From the NCBI GenBank assembly GCA_010909165.1, contig MU008175.1, forward strand, positions 310,001-374,000: DNA of 64,000 bases. The letters are read 5' to 3'. Source of the stretch: Anthoceros angustus (lineage: Eukaryota; Plantae; Anthocerotophyta). The stretch's first letter is position 1, and every line of letters begins with the position of its first letter. Positions 1-13,914 of this stretch are shown here, in pieces. The notes beneath the pieces are model-generated. The model was not told the origin of the DNA. It ran no database searches and saw only the letters and a list, made by a program, of their open reading frames with translations. The position numbers were made by a program, and so were the translations under genes.

Positions 1-707
1 CTGCATTACCATTTGATTAGAATTGCAGAATCACTACCAGTTCCTAGAACAGATGTTCATGCACAGCACTGTTTCAGCTGCTACCGACTCAAGTCTGCAT
101 CCAATACCAGCTAGGTCGGAAATTCAAGATCTCCTAGTTCAAATCTCCAAAGCACCAACCAGTAGCCGAAAGGAAGGAAGCATACTTATTTTCCACAGCC
201 TTCAAACTCTCCTCTACAGTGAGCACCACTCCGCCCTGCAATCACATCCGCATTTCAGGATGAAGAGTTGCTTGTCAATATGAAGCCACCCCTTTTGAGT
301 CCCCCAGTCGGGCGAAACAATAGGAGTTCGGAACCACTTATGGCTGTGAACAGACAAAGCAAAGAGCACCTCGCTAGACTTCTTCCGCGCCAGGTTGACA
401 AGAGAAGCACGAAGCTGAGCATCTTGCCACAATCTGCAAGTAAACCCACGCATCCCTCAACACTGATACACGCAGCAAATCACGGAATGAATAAACCGTG
501 ATCACCAACATTCCGGGAGCAGTAACTGGTCCCCTAGAGAAACTGGAGCACTAACCGGTTAGCTACATAAACGCTGGCCATCACCGCGAAAGAAACGAGA
601 ATGAACTGTGCCAGAGTGAGCGGCACGCGCGCAGCTCCTGCTCGGGTTCTAGCAAAGCCCACGTTCTCCTTCGCATTTCCTACCGTAGTAGGCAACACCC
701 TCCTCAT
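1..707 (-). CDS. HPGT: Hydroxyproline O-galactosyltransferase (GT31/HPGT-like), 5' exons only; gene continues beyond window start
   Basis: GT-AG exons 707-556, 433-370 and 235-186 join in frame: MRRVLPTT...FILVSFAVMASVYVANRLWQDAQLRASLVNLARKKSSEGGVVLTVEESLKAVENK. This matches the HPGT signal-anchor signature (ASxYVAxRLWQ). TATA-like element on the minus strand near 1470. Confidence 0.75.
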
Positions 708-3316
708 TGTCGACACCAGCTAAACCCGCATCACCGAGGCGTCGGCAAGCCTCCGACACGATTTCTAAGGGCCTATCCTCAAGCTCGTCCTCCCACCTGT
801 ACCATACCCTGCTTCGAGAACCCAAGCTTCGGTCTAACTTCTCTGTTGCCGCAGAACCGCATAAGCTGTTGAATCATCGATCAGCACCAATACGTAGGTA
901 GCGACAAAAGCATCAACCCATCCAATTGCGAACCACAACTTCCGCGAGTGAATTCCTGGCACAGCTGTGCGCAACCTGGAACACAGCAGTACCAGAGGCA
1001 GGCGCACATCAACAAATGCTACTAACCAGCTCGGGCAGCAAGATTTGAAGTGAGCCTCAGTTCCACATCTCTCCGTCCAATGACTGGCAGTCTTCTCGCC
1101 TAATCCTCGCAGGTAGGTGCAGAATCTGGTGCCTGAACCGGGGTTGAAAGCCTCTGCACCGGGGGTGGAAATCGCAGCAAGCTTGGCACTCCGGGCTCGG
1201 TGAAAACAGTCGCAATCCTCCAGATCCAAGGGCAACAACCTTGCTACAAGGCAATGAGCAGCTGGGAGAAGTCCGTGAAGTGGGGAAATGTATGAAGGAG
1301 AGGACGACAGGGTTGGCAGGGCGGAGAGCACGCAGCTGCCTCTGCTTGCCGCTCTCACAGACTACATATGCAAGGGCGCCAGTTTTGTTTACTTTACAAA
1401 CCAGCTTCTCAGCGTCCCAGACCGGGTTAGCTAGTAGCCTGCGGTGTCGGGCCTCCGAAGCCTACGTACTTATATAGAAGACATATTCATTTTGTTTCCT
1501 TTTTTCCGGACATATAATACCTAGTGATTTTCTTTAGCCTTCCAGTTTTTCACGCTTGGCTTCTTTTGGCCCCTTTCCTCTCCTCGGACCATGGCACCCT
1601 GGGTTCTCTTGTCCGAGTCACCCACCGGGATGGGTATGTGTGAGCCTGAGATTATGAACCTAAATAAAAATGGATATTTTATCTTATCAACTTAGTTAGT
1701 TTTGGACTAACTTATCAAAGCTACAAGACGGAAAGGAACTGCAAAGCTTAAATACTTGCATGAAGATATGTGCCACTTACATGAAGATATGTGCATACAC
1801 AACAAATTATGTATGCAGAAACACATGCAAGAATCTAATTCAAGTATAAAAAGATTCAATTCTTTAATCACCATATCTAGGAATAACGGTGAAATGGCTT
1901 TGCACTTTAAACTGAATATATAATAAAATAAATCGTTGTATGAGACAAAAACAATCCAAATATGCCCAAGTACCTAGATTGTGATTCTAGACCAACAGGT
2001 GGAGAGTAACACATATAGGTCGCAATAACTAGGCTTGTTAGTGCGAGTCATAAGTGAGGGAAACCATGATCCTTTATAATACAACCAAGATCTTTTGTAA
2101 TACATACAACGAATTAGCACAATTATATGAAGAAATCAGCTTGATTTAAGCATAGATTTTTCTCAAGTTGCTCACCCTCATTACATCTAAAGCTATAAGC
2201 CTATGTGCTCTGTGGATGTTGCAACTTCTAACCCAAGTTGCAACATCCTAAAACCTAATGGGAAGTACTGTTAGAGTATCTAAATAATACTCTTACTAGA
2301 TAAAACTGAAGCAAATTTGAAACTAGGATTACAAACCAAGTGGTGTGGAGTGCGGTTGTTTGTCGAGGAGATGAGCGTGAAAAATATATTGGTCAAAAAC
2401 CACGAAGACCCTTGCGATGGGTGATATTATTGCAAGTAAGGACCTCTCCGCATTGGCGTTTCAGGTGTAGTTAAATTGCAGTTCAGCTACTAGCTAGCCA
2501 CGAACTAAAACAATGACACAATCCGATGTGGCATGTGATTGGCTGATGTGGCTGGGTGTAGTTTGGTTTAGATGGAACTGATTAGTGAACTGATTAGTGA
2601 ACTAAACTACGTGCAAATTCTCCATTATTCGGCTTAGTTGAGATAGAATAGTAAATATATTTCACAGTAAAAGTTTTACTATAGGATTAAAATAAAATAG
2701 AAATCATCATTCAGTTCGCTATATCTCTCCGGAGGGCTCGGTTCAATTTCAGTTGTGCGTATTTGGTCGACATATCAGTTCAAAGGAACTGAATGGCTTT
2801 TCCTATGTAGCTCTAGTTCATGGTCCATCGAAGAATACCTTGAACTTTGTTCGACCAAATTGCCAATGCGGAGAGAGATCCTAAAACGCCAGCACAAAGT
2901 TCAAGGTATTCTTCGATTTGATTTCATGGTCGAGAAGTGTTGCTTTTAAAACCTAACTAAGAAACTAGAAGCCTTTCACACCCATGCACATGCACATAAA
3001 TGAAACCAACCATATAAACATCACTTTGGCTTCCCTAAACTAGATCTTGGCAGGTATGTTGTTACGCTGCTTGGAATGAGAATAAAAAGTCGAACTAAAA
3101 ACTTAGCTATGTAAGTACTACAAAATTAAGAAGACAAGGATGTATTATGTCATGAATCTCTTAGTGATATAAGGAATTGAATAAATGAATTGAAAATTTA
3201 GTACCTCGGGACAAGGTATCTAAAGTATATGTTAAGTAATGAATTATAATGTTAAAAATTATGCCTATTAAACAATTTAAATTCTTATAAAATTTTAACA
3301 CAAGAGCAGTCACCAA

Positions 3317-3321
3317 GCGGG

Positions 3322-3364
<43 letters not shown>

Positions 3365-3389
3365 GCGTGTTCGATCCACGCTCACCGCA
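3317..3389 (+). tRNA. trnF-GAA: tRNA-Phe (GAA), cytosolic plant type, no intron
   Basis: 73-nt GCGGGGATAGCTCAGTTGGGAGAGCGTCAGACTGAAGATCTGAAGGTCGCGTGTTCGATCCACGCTCACCGCA; cloverleaf with A/B boxes and GAA anticodon; AT-rich upstream region with a CAA start motif. Confidence 0.97.
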
Positions 3390-3402
3390 AGATTTCTGAT
3401 AG

Positions 3403-3407
3403 TTTTT
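3403..3407 (+). terminator. RNA polymerase III terminator (T5) of tRNA-Phe
   Basis: TTTTT run 14 nt downstream of the tRNA 3' end. Confidence 0.7.
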
Positions 3408-4220
3408 GTTTCCCTTTCCCTTCAGGAAAAGGTTGGTCTCACGCAGAATGAATTGTCGCACGAGGGATCCCAACGTGCCCTGTACCAAGGGACGACGGCA
3501 ACCAGCAAAGCAAGTAATCGCAAGCATTCACTAGGCCCAGGCATTCACAACGATGCCCATAATGCACACTATTTGGACGTGGAATAACATGATGTGCTAG
3601 CCTCAGACAAGTTGCAACAATGATCACACTCATGAATGATGTTAGCCAGCAGTGCAGATTTGCAGCCTAGCCAGCGCTACAGGCATGCAATGCAATGCAG
3701 CAGGCAATGGAGGCGTGTGATGAATCGCAGCCCAATTCAAAGGCCAGTGTGTCACTCGCATGAGCAGCCACAAATGCAGCTCATGAATTGCGCACTCCAC
3801 GGTGCACAGACGCGTGACAGGTCCTGGATATGAAATATGCTGGAGCTATGACTTACAGGAATCGGAACAACCATGAGCACGGAGATGGCGCCTTAATGGA
3901 TCCGCTGATTGTTCTGGTTCCTGAGAACGATGTCCAAGGGGCTGCTGTAATCGTTTCTGGAAACTCTGTAGGCACCGATTGGTAGACCCCCGGCTCTGGC
4001 TCTCCAACTTGAGCCCACACCTTGTATACACCATGGGGTGCCCAAGCTGCTTGCACCAAGGGCATCCTTTCCCCCTAGGCACCCCATCTAGGTACAGATT
4101 CCAGCGCAGGATGCTTAACAGCGACCTTCTGATGAATGGCGCACTACTAGCCAGGTGGTAGAAACCTGCAAGTGGAGGCCAGCATTGTGCACTAGCACAT
4201 CGGAAGCGGCAGTGGAGTGG

Positions 4221-4255
4221 TGCACTCGGGACAAGTGGAGTGGCACTGACGTGGC
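4221..4255 (+). promoter_or_regulatory. Candidate MRE core (TGCACTC, 4221-4227) and ABRE (ACGTGGC, 4249-4255) upstream of the metallothionein
   Basis: Exact motif matches ~170-200 nt before the ATG; type-4 MT promoters are known to be ABA-responsive. Short motifs, could be chance. Confidence 0.35.
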
Positions 4256-4426
4256 ACCGTTTTAGCCGGCCACCTCGCGCTGCCACTTGTCCAGGGCCTG
4301 CCCCTGCCCGTTGCATTATGAGACCGACGCACCCACACCGCCCTCGGTGTCTCGCTTGCGCGGCTGCGATTCTCGTTTGTCCCAGCTGATCGATTCGGAG
4401 TAGAGCGTCGTCGCAAAGCCGTCGAG

Positions 4427-4888
4427 ATGGCAACTGTAGGATGCGGGTGCAGCACTAACTGCCGCTGCGGCAATCCTTGCCCCTGCGGAAGCAACTGCCG
4501 GTATGCCATGGCCATGCACTCCTGCTTCGCACGGCTGTCGCGTTGTTAGGCTGAGCTCCGCATGCAGGCTTTCTTCACCTTCTTTCATTTCTCGGGCTTG
4601 GGCTTCCTTGAGCAGGTGTAGCGAGGCAGGCGGCACCACGCAGGAGGGCGGCTCTGGGACGTGAGTGTTACGCGTCTGTGTTGCAGGGAACGTGCCGTGT
4701 GGTTTGGGAGGACTTACCTCGCCGCTGTTGTTTTGCATGTTTGCAGTGCCACAACCTGCAAGTGTGGAGGGAACTGCACCTGCAACCCTTGCTCATGCCC
4801 CAGGATCAACGCTGTCACTGGACGGCCCGTTTGCAAGTGCGGGGAGTGCTGTGCTTGCTGCCCGTGCTCCAGGCCCGAGGACGCGTAG
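4427..4888 (+). CDS. MT4: Type-4 (Ec-like) metallothionein, 3 exons, 86 aa
   Basis: Exons 4427-4500, 4616-4660, 4747-4888 (GT-AG, phase-consistent) give MATVGCGCSTNCRCGNPCPCGSNCRCSEAGGTTQEGGSGTATTCKCGGNCTCNPCSCPRINAVTGRPVCKCGECCACCPCSRPEDA; three Cys clusters including the TTCxCGxxCxCNPCxC signature. Confidence 0.88.
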
Positions 4889-5177
4889 GCGTGTGTCGTG
4901 GCGTTGCAGATGCGGATTGGCCGTGGCTGTGGCTGTGGCTGCAGTGAAAACGTGGGATGAGGGATTAGCGGGGTGGAGTCAGGTTCCTAGCTTTTGGAAC
5001 CAGTTCATTTTTCAGTTGTACAGTGAAGGGTGTACAGTGGTGGAGACACTGGCGTGGATCAGGAAGTGAAAGTACATAGAGCTCGGATTTGGATGTCTGA
5101 ATGTTGAAGAGAGTTCAGTAGGCCCAGGGAGGTTGTTTCGCTACTGGCAGGGCCACAGAGTCCTTGGCACATGTTGG

Positions 5178-8837
<3,660 letters not shown>

Positions 8838-9207
8838 TTCCTGGAGGGAATTCGCGCTGCAGAAACGAGGGAAAATTTTGTTTAGACCCCACCTCTGGGT
8901 AATCGGTTTCGTACATGCCGAGAAATTTTGTTTAGAATCCAGGCAGTAGTGGGTACCGAATTCCTCGCGTCGCGTGCTGAATTGCATGGCACTGGGTCCT
9001 GTGAGGTCCTGATTCCCGACATTTTGGGCCAGGATCCAGGGGGTCTGTAGTCTATATCCGACAATTCCATTCTCTGGCTCGCAATTTCGGTGATTTCTGG
9101 AGCGGAGCTGGGTCCAGCGTCTCGGTGCCCCACGCAGGCCTGTGATCAGGGAACGTTGTTGCCCGAGCTTGTGGAACTCGGGGCATTCTTCAGACCCGAA
9201 GGTTCGG
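8838..9207. promoter_or_regulatory. Bidirectional promoter/5' UTR region between MCM8 and the oxidoreductase
   Basis: Divergent ATGs are only 370 bp apart; a repeated AAATTTTGTTTAGA motif occurs at ~8874 and ~8923. Confidence 0.65.
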
Positions 9208-10816
9208 ATGGCCCCTGGCACTTTCAGAGCTGTGGTTTGCAGGAAGCTAGGAGATCCAACAGCTCCTTTCTCTGACTCCTCCGCCCTGCACATCACGCAA
9301 TTGCCCCGGACAGAGCTGCCGTCCACCACTTCTGTCAGGGTTGGATTGAAAGCTGCAAGCGTGAACTTCGCCAATGTCCTGGTGGTTCAGGGACAGTATC
9401 AAGACAAGCCACCTCTGCCTTTCGTTCCGGGCACTGATTTCTCTGGTGTTGTGTTGGAGGTTGGATCGGATGTGGCCGAGGTCAAGGTTGGGGATCCTGT
9501 TTGTGGAGTTGCTGATGTAGGTGCATATGCGGAGGAGGTGGTTGTGGACCAGCAACGAGTGTGAGCACCTTGCACCTCCCACATGTGTGTCATGTGTGTA
9601 AGTGCATGCAAGGTGGCTGGAATTGTAATTGTTATAGGTCACATGAATGTCGCTGATGTCATGCTCCTGCAGGTTCGTTCTCCCCCCGAACGTGGACTTG
9701 GCAGCTGCAGCAGGGCTTACCGTTGCTTTTGGCACTTCACACTTGGGGTTGGTGCACCGAGCAAATCTCCATTCCGGCCAGGTATGTGTAACAGATGGCG
9801 ACCTCTCGTCCTTCTCTCCCGTAGGAAACTGCATCACCGTTGGCTAGACACGAAACTCCAAGGGCCATCACTTGTTCCACTTCCTTCTTCAAGAGAGTGA
9901 AGCTCAGGCTCAGCTTGTGGACTGGTCCAGGTACTGCTGGTCTTAGGTGCTGCAGGTGGAGTTGGGCTGGCTGCTGTTCAGATAGGGAAGATCTTGGGAG
10001 CCACAGTGCTTGCAGCTGCTAGGTTGTACTTCCACTCTCCGAGACCTTTGGCTTTGTGGCATTGCAGCCTTTCTGTTGCTGTCCCCATTTGAGGTCTGAC
10101 ATCTGGTGTTGATCATCGTTAGGGGACCAGAGAAGGCAGCACTTCTCAAATCCTTCGGTGCAGATTATGTGGTTGATCCAAGCGATGGGAAGCTGATAGA
10201 CTCTGTGAAGGCATTCTTGAAGTCACGGAAACTCAAAGGTGTCGATGTCTTTTATGATCCCGTGGGGGGGAAGTTATTCAAGGACAGTTTGAAGCTACTG
10301 AACTGGGGAGCTCAGATTGTGGTCGTGGGTTTCGCAAGCGGTGACATACCCTCCATTCCAGCAAACATCGCTCTCGTAAAGGTGAGCATTCTCAATGTGT
10401 AGCAGCACATGCAACGAGAGTGTTGGCCAACTGCCAAAAGTTGTTTATCCCACATTCTGTTCTCTGTGCAGAATTGGACTGTCCATGGGCTGTTCTGGGG
10501 AAGCCACTTCATCCACAGGCCTGATGTGTTACGCAACTCCATGAAACAGCTGATATCATGGTTTGAGCAGGGGCTTATTCACGTAAATGTGTCCCACAAG
10601 TTTGATCTCTCTCAGGTGTAAATTATACTCCATACGTTTTTTTGCATTCTCTGGTCGCCAAAGTTTCTCCTTTAATCGTGCCGCTTACCTGAGGCTTTTT
10701 GTTTTCCTTTGCAGACCAACTTGGCCTTGGCAGCGATTCAGCGAAGGCAAGTCCTGGGCAAGGTTTTAGTCATGGTCGATGGTTGCCATAAGCTGACTCC
10801 GCCTAGTAGGCTTTGA
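9208..10816 (+). CDS. MDR-family NADPH:quinone oxidoreductase-like (GroES-like zinc-binding ADH family), peroxisomal
   Basis: MAPGTFRAVVCRKLGDP..., AASVNFANVLVVQGQYQDKPPLPFVPGTDFSG, nucleotide-binding LVLGAAGGVG, GVDVFYDPVGG; last exon 10715-10816 ends in PSRL*, a PTS1 signal. Confidence 0.9.
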
Positions 10817-10984
10817 TTCGTCGGTGAACGCTGTACATAACCTCATTCCGGTCATGGAAGTCACAGGTGAAGCCCAAATGTCCCTTCCTTATCGTCCCAT
10901 CCCTTCCGGCACGAGTTCTACCCCGGGGAATCTACGTCGTCTAGAACAAATTTGAAGCAATGTGGAGTGTACTGCTGGTTGTCC

Positions 10985-11330
10985 CCCATCGTCGTCTCGG
11001 GTAGATGGTTCCCCATCATCGTCTCGGTGTGGATGGGACCTCTTGGACTTCCCATCATCGCCTCTCTGTAGATGTGTAGATGGGACTTCCCGGACTTCCC
11101 ATCATGGCCTCTGTGTAGATGGGACTCTCCGTCATCGCCTCGGTGTGGATGTGTAGATGGGACTTCCCGGACTTCCCATCATAGACTCTGTGTAGATGTG
11201 AGTTTCCATCATCGCCTCGGTGTAGATGAGACTTCCCGGACTTTCCGTCATCGCCTATGTGTAGATTGGGACTTTCCATCCTCGCTTCTGTGTAGATAGG
11301 ACTCCGTCATCGCCTCCGTGTAAATGGCAC
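10985..11330. repeat. Degenerate tandem repeat (about 5-6 units of GTGTAGATGGGACTTCCCGGACTTCCCATCATCGCCTC-like sequence)
   Basis: Recurrent GTGTAGATG, GGACTTCCC and CATCGCCTC modules at ~60-nt spacing. Confidence 0.75.
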
Positions 11331-11385
11331 TTTCCATCTCTGCCTATTTATAAAGTCTCCATATATTCCCCTTTGCTCATATGAG

Positions 11386-11882
11386 AGTAAGAAGCATTGC
11401 AGCATGCAGCCCTTGATCCAGTTTAGTAAGTTATAAGTAGTGGTAGTAAGCTTAGCTTAGGGATTAAGGAGGATAGTCTGCTTTATGCAGTTACTTTGGG
11501 CATTACGTAAGCCTCCCTATAAAAAGAGATGAGGCTAGCTCTAGAGATATCATCCTCTGATCCTAGCATTTGGAGCCACACTGATAGGACTAAGGTGCCT
11601 ACAGGCTTTGGGAGCCTAGAGTGTAAGCGTGCTAGAGGAGAGCTGTTGAAGAGGAGATCGAGGGGAGAGAGAGTTAAGCTCCTAGCTTAGGCAAAGATGG
11701 GGAGCTCTCTTTGATCTCTCATATATTCTTGTTGACTTTTGCTGGAATAAGAGGAGCGGCAGAGGTGCTGATTGCGAGTCATCTTGTGGGAGGATGGCGG
11801 GCTACTTGGAGGCCTAGTATCTGGTGATGTTATTGCCGCTAACTGCGTGACTGCCCCACCTCGCTGGAAAAGGGGTGTTACT
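11386..11882 (+). repeat. 5' LTR of the Ty3/gypsy element (497 bp)
   Basis: Colinear with 35313-35834; contains TATA-like CCCTATAAAA; followed by the PBS. Confidence 0.9.
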
Positions 11883-11884
11883 TG

Positions 11885-11896
11885 TGGTATCAAAGC
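11885..11896 (+). promoter_or_regulatory. Primer-binding site (tRNA-iMet type) of the gypsy element
   Basis: TGGTATCAAAGC, 1 mismatch from TGGTATCAGAGC, 2 nt after the LTR. Confidence 0.85.
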
Positions 11897-11936
11897 TCCA
11901 GGTTGAAATATCTTTTAGCTAGGACGCTAGCTGGAG

Positions 11937-13049
11937 ATGGCCGATCCTCAAGAGCCAGGCAGAGCAGAGAGAATATGGTGGAAGAAAGAGAAGGCTCTTG
12001 TATTGGAGACTGTAGTGGATGAGCCTCAGATGGAGCCACTAATTCTTGGAACGATGTACGCAGATACCTCTGAGCCGAAGACTGTCACCATACCACAAGA
12101 GGAGCTTCAAAATCTTTTGAGGAGAATAGAAGCTCTAGAGCAACAAGCAAAAGGAAAAAGAAAGCTCGATGAAGTAGAGAAGGATGATGAACTGGACGAA
12201 TTGGAGCCTGGCCTAGAAAAGAGTGGAGCAAGGAGACCCAAGAAGTTCAAGTTAAGCGTTCAGCCCCCCGATAGGTATAAAGGAGAACGAGATGTGGAGA
12301 AAATCAATTCGTGGTTTTTCTCATTGGAAGGATACTTTACATGCAGGATTCCAGGAAGGTATCTAGATCACATCGTTAACTTCTTAGAGGGGTACGCTCT
12401 TACTTGGTGGAGAACTTATGTTCAGAGTATTGAGCAGGGTAATAAAGTGGAAACTATTTCCAACTGGGGAGAATTCAAAAACGCATTGCAACTTCAATTC
12501 CAGCCAACTAATGCATCTATGCTAGCAAGAAGGATGCTAGAGAATGTGAAGCACACAGGAACGTTGCGGCAGTATGTGAGTGAATTTAGCATAGCTGTTT
12601 TACAATGTCCTGATATGCAGGAGGTAGATAAGCTCCATAGATTTTATAGTGGACTTAAGAGATGGGCTCTGAATAGAATTCAATTGACAAAACCTCAAAC
12701 GCTGCGAGAGGCTGTTGCAGCTGCAGACGCGATACCTGACACAAGTCGTGCCGTGGAAGCACCAGTGTCTTCTAGAGGAAGATATCCAAGATCTTTTCAA
12801 AGAAGATCGAGAGGTAGAGGAAGAGCCACCAACACTGGGAATAGTGGAACAAAAGAAAATATTGGTAGAGGCAGAGGAAGAGGCAGAGGAGCCAATAGAG
12901 GTCGTGGCCGTGGAAGCCAAAGGGTGACAGGCCCTCAATTTGGTGCGTGCTTTAGTTGTAGAGAGCAGGGACATTTTGCAAAGGATTGTCCGCATGCTGG
13001 GAATTCCCAATTGAATATGATAGTCGCCGCTCCAAGACTTGGGATCTAG
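11937..13049 (+). CDS. gag: Ty3/gypsy Gag, open 370-aa ORF
   Basis: Retrotransposon-gag core (FLEGYALTWW...WGEFKNALQLQF), RG-rich region and CCHC knuckle CFSCREQGHFAKDC. Confidence 0.92.
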   Translation: MADPQEPGRAERIWWKKEKALVLETVVDEPQMEPLILGTMYADTSEPKTVTIPQEELQNLLRRIEALEQQAKGKRKLDEVEKDDELDELEPGLEKSGARRPKKFKLSVQPPDRYKGERDVEKINSWFFSLEGYFTCRIPGRYLDHIVNFLEGYALTWWRTYVQSIEQGNKVETISNWGEFKNALQLQFQPTNASMLARRMLENVKHTGTLRQYVSEFSIAVLQCPDMQEVDKLHRFYSGLKRWALNRIQLTKPQTLREAVAAADAIPDTSRAVEAPVSSRGRYPRSFQRRSRGRGRATNTGNSGTKENIGRGRGRGRGANRGRGRGSQRVTGPQFGACFSCREQGHFAKDCPHAGNSQLNMIVAAPRLGI

Positions 13050-13089
13050 GAGCTTTCTACAAAGCCTAAATGACGCCAGTGGCCACATG

Positions 13090-13914
13090 TTGTTGTGATA
13101 ACATGTAGTGAGTCATCTAGTGTCAAGGATGACACTATTTTGAGGGAAGGTGTAGCTCTTATGTATATACGTGGGAAGATGAATGGCTTAGAAGTAGAGT
13201 TATTGTTGGACTCTGTCGCCACCCACAATTTTACAATTCCTCGCAAGGCGAAGAAGCTTGAGCTAAAATAGGCGAGTACTTCCGTGCCATATGGAATTAA
13301 GCAAGCTAAAGGAACTTTGCATTTCTTGGGTGAATTGCAAGGAGTAAAGTTGCAAATAGAAGCGTGGGAAGGGTATGTGAGTTTCATAGATATGGATGAC
13401 CATGATGTCATCTTATGTACCTAAAGTGGATGAAATCCAATGAAGTAAGTGTAGATATGAAGTCCTGCACCATTGAGATACTGAAGAATGGAAAGCACAA
13501 AGTGGTCTGTGCTAATCTTAGTCGAAAGCTTGAGATGTGCTCAGTACAGTTGATTTCAAAAAGAGAGCTCAAGCAGGGCATAAGACAGAAGAAGGAGTTT
13601 TATCTAGTTGTGCTCTAGGGATTAGGGGATGGTCTTCAGGAAGAATCCTCGAGAAAAAAAAGTTATTCCGAAGGGAATAAAGGCTACCTTGGATGATTTT
13701 AAGGAATTGATGCTTGATGAACTAGCACTTTTACCATCTCATAGAGTAATAGACCATGAGCGAGATTGAATTGAGACCATGAGAGTACGCCTCCATCGAG
13801 AGCATCATATAGATTTTCGCAGGATGAGCTGCAGGAACTCAAGTGACAACTATCCAACCTGTTGGCAAAGGGATATATCAGAGTCTCTAAGTCTCCTTTT
13901 GCACCGGTACTGTT
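13090..13914 (+). pseudogene. pol: Ty3/gypsy pol, 5' part (aspartic protease and start of RT), interrupted by the copia insertion
   Basis: Protease LLDSVATHNF; RT start GYIRVSKSPFAPVL, broken at TSD CTGTT; stops and frameshifts present. Confidence 0.85.

Noticed and set aside
834-1477. 174-aa and 78-aa ORFs upstream of HPGT
   Set aside because: No recognisable domain; they lie in the probable 5' UTR/promoter of HPGT.
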